Below are positions 43,526 to 55,300 of a DNA stretch of 64,000 nt, piece by piece; the first letter of the stretch is position 1, and each line of letters begins with the position of its first letter. The position numbers were made by a program, and so were the translations under genes. A model generated the notes under the pieces. It was not told the origin of the DNA. It did not search any database and saw only the letters and a list, made by a program, of their open reading frames with translations. This DNA is from Heteronotia binoei (taxonomy: Eukaryota): contig NC_083223.1 of the NCBI RefSeq assembly GCF_032191835.1, positions 250,232,001-250,296,000 of the forward strand, in the 5' to 3' direction.

Positions 43526-45850
43526 AAAGAGCTCTCTAGCGGGGTTTGCGCCCTCCTCAGCCCCTCCCCCAGGTATGAAGGGTCTAGACTCTTTTCCTAT
43601 CACCCCCCCTTTGGTGGGTAAGGATAGTCCCGCCCTTTCCAGTCTTTTGCGTTTTCCTATTTGGAGGGAAAGCCGTGGGTCAGACCATTGCAATATAAAG
43701 GGAAGGGAAGGTGTGTGTATAGTTGGTTCTTCCCTGTGAAGCCCAAGGCTGTATGAGCGATGTAGATGGAAAAAGAGTTTCTCTTCTTTCCTTTCCTTTC
43801 CTGGGTCCAGTAGCAAGTTTCCCCGTAGAAGTCCCCAGGGAGGTGGCTGAGTCCATTATAATCTGAGGGAGGGGCGTGTAATAAGTTCTTGTCCTATGTT
43901 GTTTCTTGTGCTCGATGGCGCTTTCCAAGCAAACAGAGGAACGAGATTTTATGCGTCTGTTTGCTTAACTATACCTTTTTACTGCAGAAGGATACATACG
44001 GGATTGCGGGGAGCGCAATGGCAGTGGGGAGGCTATAGGCTTCCTGGGTCCAAATAGCCTGGCCACTGAGAGGAAGTGGATGCGGATCCATGGTCTGATC
44101 CAGCAAGGCTTTTCTCGGTTTCTTTCGGTGAACCCCAGCCCAGTTTCCACACTTCCCAATTCACCTGATTGGCAAGAATGCAACAGGTGCAGCTCCCCCT
44201 TTCCTTGAAAGGCAGAACCTTGCTTTTCTGCCATAATGCCCTGCCCATCAAGCAGGAAGAAAAACTGGAGGTTTTCCCAGAGTGGTAGGCCAAAAGACCT
44301 GTTCCCCACTCCCAGCTATTTGGGTGGCACTGTAGGATGTAGAGATCAGATGTCAGCCTCCAGGTGGGACATGGGCACCCCCTGGAATTACAGGTTATCC
44401 ACAGACTACAGAGATCAGTTCCCCTGGAGAAAGTGGATGCTTTGGAGGGTGGACTCTGGCATTATACAACATCTATTCCCCAGGTTTCACCCGCACATCT
44501 CCAGGACCTTTCCAACCTGGATCTGGTAACCCTCCCCTCCCATCCCCGCCAGTGGTCAAGGGGGACATGGCAACGCTAAATGGAAGGAGGAATAGCCAGG
44601 CTCCAGAGTAGTCATCTATAAACTGAGCTCTGCCTGCTTAAAATTCTGACAGTTTTCCTCAGACAGACAACCTAAAGGTCTTCTAGGCAAGCACAGGGAT
44701 TTTCCCAGTGTGACCTTAACTTAAGCAGCTGGGATGGCAGGAAAATCAACTTATATTAAGGAACTGGCATGTGGTGAAAGAACGGCCATGGCCAAGATCC
44801 AAATCCTCCATCTGCCCTCGCTTCTTTTTAATGTTAAAGTACACTTTTGCAGCAGTGGATTGGCCCTTGGCCATTATTTCTCTCTGCTTAGCAGCTAATT
44901 TCTGTACTTCTTCCTTGCCATCTCTTAGGGATAGTTAGTTGCTGAGCAGAGAGAAATGGTGGAGGGAGAGAGGCAGCTCCTTCTTTTTGGAATTCTGAAT
45001 GGGAAGCCAACTTAGTCTTAAGTGGCAAAATAACACAGGACTCCAGCGGCACAACATAAACGACCTTAAAGACTTACTCTTTATTGTAACATAAATACTT
45101 GTGACTCCGAGTTGACTTCAGTAGCTGCTGCACTGAAGTGCTTTTGATGAAGTGAGCTCTGACTCATGACATTCTGTTAGTTTCTAAAGTGCCACTGGAC
45201 TCCTGTTTTACTATGCCTCTTTGTGTGTTTGCTTTTCAACTTTCCCTGGAGAAGCCTGGGCCCCAGTTTAAACACAGTATTAAGAGGCAAGAATAATGTA
45301 ATTGAGGCATTGCATAGAGGCAGCATCAGTGGGCCATCAACTGTTGTGTTAGCCCACCAGAGATCCATAGGCTTTGTGGGGATTGAAGTGGATTGCTAAC
45401 CTTGCACACATAGCTGTTGTGCATAGTGGTGCTGTTTAAGTAGGAAGCTTGCACATGCAATGTTCTTATTGCTCACCAACATAATTTTTAAATCAAGCCT
45501 GGGCAGGCAGAGCAGAGCTTTCAAGTGAGGCTGCCATTTGTGCTGTGAGTGTAATGCCCAGCCAGTCTCTTAATCACCATCTTGAATCAGAGAGATGGAT
45601 GTTGTTTGGCTTCGTGCTGCATCTGTCCTCATTTGCCCTCCAGACACTTAATGAGACCTGTGTGTGCTTAAAAATGAAATCCCAAATTCTGGTTTGAGAA
45701 GAGCTGTCTGCATAAATTTCTAAATTAAGGATATTTGCAGGTAGGTTTATGTTGGATAATGGTGCTAGAAGCGGATGAGGTGGGTAGGCCTTTGCAGGTG
45801 CTGAAGGCTCATGTTTGACAACTGAAAATATTATTTTGAAGATAACTTAG

Positions 45851-46030
45851 CAGGCTTTTTTGTGATAGGAACTCCTTCGCATATTGGGCCACACTTTCCT
45901 GATGTAGCCAATCCTCCAAGAGCTTACAGGGCTCTTAGTACGGGGCCTACTGTAAGCTCCAGGAGGATTGGCTACATCAGGGGTGTGTGGCCTAATATGC
46001 AAATGAGTTCCTGCTACAAAAAAAGCCCTG
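45851..46030. mobile_element. CAGGGCTTTTTT-family MITE
   Basis: Ends CAGGCTTTTTTG / CAAAAAAAGCCCTG; core GTGTGGCCTAATATGCAAATGAG. Confidence 0.7.
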
Positions 46031-46254
46031 CCAGGTATTGATGACTACACCTTTGGAAACCGTAAGGACTAGAGACTTTTAAAAAGTGCTGAATGCTGTG
46101 GACAGGGCCCATGTGTGCACTTTGTCCTAGCCACTTGTAGACCGTGTTGTAAGCATAATTGTCCAATGCTGTTCACCCCCCACTTTCCGTCACAGGTTTG
46201 CTGTTTTCTTTCCTCCTTTTCTTCACTTTGAGCTCCCTGCCTCCGTGGTGCACG

Positions 46255-46381
46255 ATGCCTGTCCAGCCCCTGCCCAAGGAGATGGAGGCAGAGGGAGATT
46301 CAGCAGCTGACATGAATGGTGAAGAAGAGAGCGAGGACGAGCACAGTGGCAGCCAGTCGGAGTCAGAAGAAGAGAGTTCAG
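46255..46381 (+). CDS. BRMS1: BRMS1 first coding exon
   Basis: ATG CCT GTC CAG..TCA G|gtatat, acidic N-terminus. Confidence 0.93.
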
Positions 46382-49300
46382 GTATATGGCAGGGCAAATG
46401 CAGCCTCACACTGATTCCTTGGAAGCCAAGGGCAAGGTGGTAGCTTAGTGGGAGAATACCTGCTTTGGGTTCAGAAGATCCCAGATTTAGTCCTAGGGTA
46501 CTGTTGGAAGCTGCAGAATGCAGCCTTACTGAAACTAAGTACTTCTGAAGGAAGGACACCCCCACTCTACCCTGCATAGTGATCTGAGCACCATATGTAA
46601 GGCAGGCAGAGTAACAAATATTCGGTGCCACTGATGCTATTCCCCTCCTGTTGTCATACCTTAAGCGGCCCCGTGGTGCAGAGTGGTAAAGCAGGAGTAC
46701 TGCAGAACTGTGGTCTGATCTCTTCTCACGACCTGAGTTTGATTCTGGTGGAAGCTGGATTCAGGTAGCCGTCCCAAGGTTGACTCAGCCTTCCATCCTT
46801 CCGAGGTCGGTAAAATGAGTACCCAGCTTGCTGGGGGGAAAGTGTAAAAGACTGGGGAAGGCAATGGCAAACCACCCCATAAAAAGTCTGCCATGAAAAC
46901 ATTGTGAAAGCCACATCACCCCAGAGTCATAAACGACTGGTGCTTGCACAGGGAACCTTTCCTGTCATATCTAAATGTCCATTTGTACAGTCTCTAAGTT
47001 GGCTTTTGATAGTGCTGCCTGTTCCGTTGAGCCCTTCCCCTGGCCATGACCATGCAACGTCTTTTTCCCAGCCTTTGTCTGTGGACACTTTGTTTTAAAC
47101 TTTGGAGCAGTTGTAATGTTCCATAAGACTTTGGCAACGGAACCCAAGATTCATTTCAGTCAATGAAGTTCTTATGACCAGTACCTACCTACCAAAACTT
47201 CAGAAGTCTTTGGCCTGTGTCTTTTGGGGGTTTTCACTTTTGTTGAGCTTAAACAAAACTGCCAGTTTTCTGCAAAACAGACTTCTTTCATATTTTGATT
47301 CTGATGTTACTTTTCAAGTGGTGAGGTTTTTTGCAACGTTGTTCTTGGCAATATAAGCTTGGTTGCTCTGTTTCAGCCCACTTGATTTTTAACAGAAGGA
47401 AAGAAAGGAATGTTGATCCTGTGAACTTTGGGGGGAGTATTTGTGAAATTCCTGCATTGTGCAGGGGGCTGAACTAGATGACCCTGGGGTCATGATTCTA
47501 TGAATTCTGTGATTCTATGAATATTTGCCCTGCCTGAGAGCACTTTTCAGACATCCCTTGTTGAGTTCACTTAAGAATGCTTCATTAACTGTCTGTCATA
47601 TTTCATAAGCTGGGACTGGCAAAATGGTATTCGTGATTTTCTTTCTTCATTTTGCCCAAGCAGTAATTATCAAAGTGAGCCAACTGTGTTGATGGCTGCC
47701 TCTTTCTTGCCTTCACTGTTCTTCTTGCTTTAAGAAATTCTTCTGTAGCAAGTGTGGCTGAATTCTCTTGCACCACAAGCTCAGGGGTGGGAGAATGACA
47801 GTTGTCATCTGTTCTCTCTGTAGAGATGGATGAAGAGGACTGTGAGAGACGTCGGTCGGAGTGTGTGGATGAGATGATGCACTTGGAGAAGGAATTCTCT
47901 GAAATCAAGGAAAAGTGAGTGGCCATCTTTCTCAAGCCTTTATGATTTAACTACTCACGAGGGTCAAACTACTCACAATCCTGGAGTTTTTAAACTGGAA
48001 ATCTTGAGGCTTCTTTTCACCTTACAGAAAGCCTGATCAGGTCTACAGCAGTGAGTAAGGAGAGTTTCCCCATATTTATTTATTAAAATATTTATACCAG
48101 GGGTGTCAAACTCATTTGTCATGAGGGCTGGATCTGACATAAATGAGACCTCGAGGGGCTGGGCCATGTCAGGTTGGGTGAGCCATGTTGGGTCAGGCCA
48201 TGTGTGTACCTATTTAAGATTAGGTAGCAAAGATAAAAATTTTATAAAAAACACAGACAAACACAAATATTTTTTTAAAAAAACTTTAAACATGCTTAAA
48301 ATGTTAGCACTCATTTGTCTTAAGGATGCTTTCTTTGTATTTTTCCCAAGAGATCCAGGGAACTGGGCAAAGGAAGCTCTGGTTCTTTCCTTCCTTCCCC
48401 AGGAGACTGGGGGGAGGAGCCACAGCAAATGGAGAAAATAGAGATTTTGTTCTAGCTCCTGAGCAATTGAGCAAGCCTGGCAAAGCAAGCTGTTATGCAG
48501 AAGGAAGCAAGATATAGGGAGAAGAAAGCAGATGACAGCCAGATGCTCGAGAGCCTGATTCGACCCCTGAACTGCATGTTTGACACCCCTGATTTGTACC
48601 ATGACTTTCTCTTGTGACTTACAGTTCCAAATGAAAAAGCAGACTATAAAAAACCCCAATTATAATCAGTGGTCTTGTGCTTTTTTAAAAATTTGGCGAT
48701 CTGCAGTGTGAAAACAAGATGCCATCTTCAAGGATTCTATAGGTGCAAAACAAATCCATACTGCAGGCTCAGAGCATTCAAGGGAACAAATGTGCCAATG
48801 TAAAAGAGATGGCTGTTTCTAAAAGTTACTCAAGACACGAGTCTTCACTATAACTTGTTACCAAACCCTCCTGAATTACTCATTCTTCCCTGTAAATCTT
48901 CACCCCACTCTGGTCATCGCAGCCCAGCTTGGGAGGAGATCAATGCAAATGGATGGGAAGGGACTAATTTAAAGGGGAGAATTCATAGACAGGGAAAGGG
49001 GTTAGGTCATGGCCACCAGTTTCCCCCTGGAAGGTCTCCTCACACATTTGCATTTTGATGAAGACCTGAGGTTGGGAGTCTTCATTTTTCCTTATCATTC
49101 CTTTTTTAATTTGCTACCATTCCTGTTTTAATTTGCTACCAATTATTAGAGATGTTCAATTGATTACTTATCTGCTTAAGCCAGCAAGAGGCAACACAAA
49201 CAAGGAGGTCTCAATGATGCTACCAGCCATGCTCAGACTCTAATTTAGGCAACTTTCAGAATGGATTAGACAGAGAGTGGATCTATCAAGAAAGGTTGGC

Positions 49301-52300
49301 CAGCAGCCAGGCAAGCAAAGATACCATCACATATCTCTTCTTGGCTTCATTCAGAGTTGCCCCGTCTGTTCTCCTCCCTCATGTTCTGAACTGGTTGTTC
49401 TTCTTACGTGAGTTGTTTTTTTCGGTTGTTGTGAGTCCTTTAAAGGGCATGGACCCATAAATTCACTGAACAGTTTGGAATTTAAGTCTGTATAATGGAT
49501 ACTCCCTGTACAAAGGCAATATACCACAAGGGGAGGGGGCTATCGCTCAGAGGGCATCTGCTTGGCATTCAGAAAGTCCCAGGTTCAGTCCCTGGCACCA
49601 CCCATTGAAAGGTCAAGGCACAAGGTAATGTGAAAGATCTCTGCTTGATACCCTGGAGAACTACTGCCAGTCTGAGTAGTCAATACTGATTTCCATGGAC
49701 CCGTGGTCTCATTCAGTGGAAGGCAGATTCATGAGCTGGAGGTGAACTACAAGTGATAGCTGTCAGCACCATGACCGGTGCTTAAGTCAGTCTCTCTGTC
49801 TGTCTGTCTCTCTCTCTCACTCACACTCACACAGAGGGATCTAGCTGCCCCTTGTGGAGCACTAAATCCTGGATTAGCTGGACCATTGGTTTGATCCCAG
49901 GAGGGCAGTTCTAACAAAGAATTAGATGGATTTTGGGGGGATTATTGCTTCTGTACATGATAGTTAGAAATGAGGCCTGCATGGTCAAAGACAGTATATC
50001 TCAGAACACAAAATGATGGGTACAGACCACAGGGTGTTCCGTTATGTACTGCTTATGAGCTGCCTAGTGGCATGTAGCAGACCAGAAAAGATAATTTCCC
50101 CTGCAGGTGTGGGAATTACACTTCCCACCCCACCCCCCCAACACACACACCTTGGAATCCATTCTATAAGACATCTGGGTTAACATGCCTCTGCTCTTCT
50201 GCAGGCTTTTCAAGGAGCGCCTGAATCAAGTGAAGATGAAACTAGAGGATGTGATGCTTGGGAAAGCAGCGGAGTATCTGGACCCTCTGGGAGTCCTACA
50301 GAACCACATGCAGATCCGGATTGAAGTGGCTGGTGAGCAGGATCCTTGCTAGCAATGGGGAAGGCAGTGGAGAGCAGGGCTCTAGACTGTGGCCTCTGAG
50401 AACAGGGGCAGTGATTAATTTCTGAAAAGAGAGAAGCCGGTGACGTCACATAGCAGTGATGGAAATGCGTACGTTCAACCTGTGCATGGAGGAACTCATC
50501 CTTTCCCATGGTTAGGACATGACTTCAGCAAAAGGTTTCAGGGCTAGCTGCAGCTCATGTTAGGCCAAAGTGTCAGTCTGACTCTGACCGTTTTTGTTTT
50601 CATAGGGATCTACAGAAACCTCTGCCTGGAGGTGATTCACCACAAACATCGGTGTGAACTTCAGGGAGCACAGCAGCATCTGGAGGTGGGGCTCCTCGTT
50701 TCTCATCCCTTTTTAAAACCCTTCTTGGGTACTGTGAAGCAAAGTTTTTTACTTCTTTGAGGGGTTGGAGTTTCCAAATAAAAGCAGGGAGGCAACACCC
50801 TTTCCCCAACTGGCAATAGCTGTAGCTGGAAAGAAATTAAAAAGGGAATGGTATCCTGGGACCTTCTTTAGGTTGCCAAACAATGGGCTGATTTTCATGT
50901 TTCTCAGAACTTGTTCCTGAAGTTCCCCCAAAAGGAAAAACCCCATGCTGAGAAACCAGTTGCTGGGGGTGGGGTGTTTTTGAACTCTGTGCCTTTGCTG
51001 ATGGTTGTTCCAGGGTATCTCTTTGGTCACGGTAGGAAACAGGATGCTGGAGCAGACTGTCTAGTCTCCTGCTTCAGGAGGGCTCTTCCCCCTCCCCCCA
51101 ATCAAACATATGGGAAGCACAGAAGTTTTCAGTAGAAAGCCTTTACCAGGCTGCACCATCTTCTTAAGGCAGCAACTCAAAGTGCTCTTTGCAGAATAAT
51201 TAGGTTGCTTCTATCCAATAGCCAGTGGTCTGAGGACACCCAGTTTGCAGCCACAGAGTCTCCTGCTTACAGAACCTGCAGCTAGGCAGAGGCTCATTAT
51301 GAGAAAGCACAGTTGATTTTCTCGAAAGCAAATATTGCAGAGGAGGATGACATGTAATCTTTCATGTTTCTGTCATGGAATATGGAAAGTGGGTTTTAAG
51401 TTGCACGTCCAGAGGAGCACCCCCCAACCTGACAGATGCCTCCATAGCATAGGCGTTGGGAAAGGAGGCAGCAGTTGCCATGGTGATGCAGAGTGTTGCT
51501 GTTTGCTTAACCAGGCTGAGCTGTGGGAAGTATGGCCGCCATATTGGAGGGACCCAGCTGGATTGCAAACTCCCCCGTGCACAGGGGCATGCCCAGTCAG
51601 CCCTGGCCTGTTAAAAACCAGCTTTGGCCAGAGGAAGTGCAGAGGGCTCGTCTTGGGAGGGAGGCAGGAGGAGGCAGCAAACCAGTGTTTCTCCCTTCCC
51701 ATTTAGAGGCTTCATCAAGGGAGGAGATGTGAGCCCAAAGGAGAGTGCAAGAGCCACCAGGCTGGTATGTGTTCATGTGAACCCGTGGGATGCAGTCAGT
51801 CAACTTGGCAAACAGTCTTTGATGTGATTCTAGTTTCGTCACATATTAAAGACCAAAAAATTAAAAATTAAAGATCAACAAGATTTCCAGGATATAAGTT
51901 TCTAAGAGTCAAAGCTCCGGTATCTGATGAAGGGAAGTTGTACTCTTAGAAGTTTATTTCCTGGAAATCTTGCTAGTTTTTCAGATGCTACTGGACTTGA
52001 ATATTGCTCTTTTATGACAACACCGACCCGAAACGGTCTTTGGCATATAACACATTAGAAGGATCTCCTCATGTAGAAGCCCGAGCAATGCTTTTTGCTG
52101 ACCAACGTCTTTGCCAGTTAACTCTAGGACGGCAGCGGAAAAGTCCTCAGATCTTCAGCAGGCTGAAAGCCATAGGGTTGTTTTTTTTTTTTTTTTGAGG
52201 GGGGGGGATCTTCTAATTTTAAGACCAGATTCAAGTCTGGTAGTACTTTAAAGACCAACAAGATTCTCCAGGTATAAGCTTTTCAGAGTCAAGGTTCCTT

Positions 52301-55300
52301 TTGTCAGCTACGAGAAGGAACTGAGCACATATTGTAATCTGCTCTATTAGAGCAGAAGCTACCTTTGATCAGTGTGTGATTTAAGGGAAGCTTCTCGCTT
52401 TCTTTATCACAGGGGGGTTTTGCAAAAGCAGCTGCTGTAAACTTTCACAAGCAGGATGTCCAGCTAAAGTAAACTCTGGCGCCTTACCATCCCTGGTGGA
52501 GGCCGCAACAGGCTGGGCATTGGAGTACCCAAGGCTTTTGATCCTGGATGACTTCAATGTGCATGCCGATGACACGACCTCCAGTCAGGCGATGGATCTA
52601 GTGTCATCCATGGCAATGCTAGGACTCTCCCAAATTGTTACAACACCCACTCACCAGGCGGGGCACATGTTAGACTTGGTATTCGCGGAGGGAGTTTTAG
52701 TGGACGATATTACTACTGAAGCAGTGCCATGGTCGGGCCACTATGCCCTTAAGGCTCGTGTGGATGTCCCACCCCAAGCAATTTCTTTGCAGATAAGTTT
52801 GCGTCGTTCCGCCGTGACCTCCCCGTCACATTGGAGACAGTATGCAAACCCGAGGCTCCGTGCCTGTCTTCGGATCGTGTTCTGGACTGTTTCAATGTTC
52901 TCAGCCTGGAGGAAGTTGACAGGATCCTCTTGTCTGCATGCCCTGCAACTTGTGATCTGGACCCTTGCCCCTCCTGTCTTATTAAAGCTTGCCAAAGGGA
53001 GCTCAGATATCCTGTATGGGATATCATGAATAGATCCCTGACAGAAGGGCATTTTCCAGCACCTCTTAAAGAGGCGGTGGTCTGCCCTCTCCTGAAAAAA
53101 TCAACGCTAGATCCGGCTGAATTGGCATACTATTGGCCGGTCTCGAATTTACCCTTTTTGGGTAAACTCATTGAGAGGGCAGTGGCGTTGCAGTTACAGA
53201 GTTTTCTGGAGGATGCTTCCGTTCTCGATCCCCATCAGTCCGGCTTTCGCCCGGGTCACGGGACGGAGACAGTGCTGGTTGCTCCGGTGGATGACCTTCA
53301 GCGGCATCTGGACCGAGGCGGCTCAGTGGTACTAATGTTGTTAGACCTATCGGCAGCATTCGATACGGTTGACCATCGGTTGCTGACTTGCCGTCTCGCC
53401 GACGCCGGGATTCAGGGGCTGGCCTTACAATTGCTTTCCTCTTTCCTCGATGGTCGGGGACAAAGGGTGGCAATTGGGGGTGAACTGTCCTGGAGGCACA
53501 CGCTTGATTGCGGGGTGCCTCAGGGGGCGGTGCTTTCCACGATGTTGTTCAACATCTACATGCGCCCCCTTGCTCAGATTGCCCGGAGGTATGGGTTGGG
53601 TTGTCACCAATATGCTGATGACACCCAGCTCTATCTACTCATGGATGGATGGCCTGACTGTGTCCCAGAAAATTTGGACCTGGCGTTACAAGCCGTGGCT
53701 AGATGGCTCAGGCTGAGTGGATTGAAACTAAACCCAGCGAAGACAGAGGTCCTTTGCTTGGGTCAACGTGGTCCGGGAAGGGAAATTCCCCTACCAGCAT
53801 TTGACAGTGTGCCACTGACAATGGCACACAGGGTCAAGAGCTTGGGGGTACTATTGGAGCCTGCCCTGACAATGGAGGCCCAAATAGCAGCTACTGCTAA
53901 GTCTGCATTCTTTCATCTTAGGCAGGCAAGGCAGCTGGCCTTTTTCCTGGAACACGATGATCTGGCAACAGTGATCCATGCAATGGTCACCTCAAGGTTG
54001 GACTACTATAATGCCCTCTACATGGGGTTGCCCCTGTTCCGAACCCAGAAGTTGCAGCTAGTTCAGAATGCTGCCGCCCAGCTGTTATTAGGGCTCCCCA
54101 GGTGGGAGCACAGTCAGCCGGGGCTCCGGGGACTGCACTGGCTGCCAATAATATACCGGGTTTGGTACAAGGTGCTGGTTATTACCTTTAAAGCCCTATA
54201 TGGCCTAGGACCTGCCTACCTTAGGGACCATCTCTCCCCACATGTTCCCCAGAGAGTGCTTACATCTGGTTCTCAAAATCTACTAACAATCCCCGGACCG
54301 AAGGAGGCCCATCTGAAGTCAACCAGGGACAGGGCCTTTTCGATTACAGCCCCTTGCTGGTGGAACCAGCCACCGGAAGAGGTGAGGGCCCTGCAGGACC
54401 ATGGGCAGTTCCGCAGGGCCTGTAAGACAGTCCTCTTCGGTTGGCATATAACTGACTGGTACCTGAAAAACCCCAAAGGAAGGTTGTAGGATAGCACATT
54501 GTTAGATCATTTTCTTGTTTTAACTGCTGCAAACTATTTAATGTATTTTAATATTCATCTTATTGTTAGAATTTTATGGTGTGAGCTGCCCTGAGCCGCC
54601 TCGGTGGGGAGGGCGGGATATAAATCGAATAAAATGAAATAGAATAAAATGAAATGATTGCACAGAGAGCTGGATTTTTTGCAAGCTTGATGGAAACTCT
54701 GGTGTCAGCATTCTGTAGGCATTTTCTGACAGGGATCCAGATGGGCAGAGAGCCCGTGTTGCAGAGTAGTTGGAATGTTGGGCTAGGGAGATCCTGGGCT
54801 CAAATCTGCATTTGGCCATGAAGCTTACTTGAGTTAATTTTTCAGCTAACCTGTCTCATAGGGCTGTTAGTTCCAAATGGAAGAGGGGAGAGAAGAAAGG
54901 TGGGATAAAAATGCAAGTTGCACAAAAATGTGTGAGCTGGAGGCTAAAAATCTGTGAGCTAGCTCATGCTAACTCAGCTTAGAGGGAATGCTGATTATAA
55001 CCCCTGTAGTATCAAATTTAGGAACATGTGTTAAAGGAAAATAGATGCAGATTTGTGCTCTGGTGCAAAAGATCTCTGGTTGCATCAGAGACAAAGAAGT
55101 TCCCTCGAAGCTGAAGAGTCTTGTGAGCAAAAATTCTACTTTGTGAGCTACTGGTGTTAAAGTTGTGAGCTACTGGCATTGCCGTTGTGAGCTACAATAT
55201 AAATTAGTGTCCTTCCTGAACTAAGACAAAAATTTGTGAGCTGGAGGCTAAAAATCTGTGAGCTAGCTCATGCTAACTCAGCTTAGAGGGAACACTGGTT

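Noticed and set aside
45030-45210. Penelope-like element ends (also about 51840-52000, 52240-52310, 61785-62060)
   Set aside because: Repetitive and reminiscent of PLE termini, but too short and degraded to classify without a library search.
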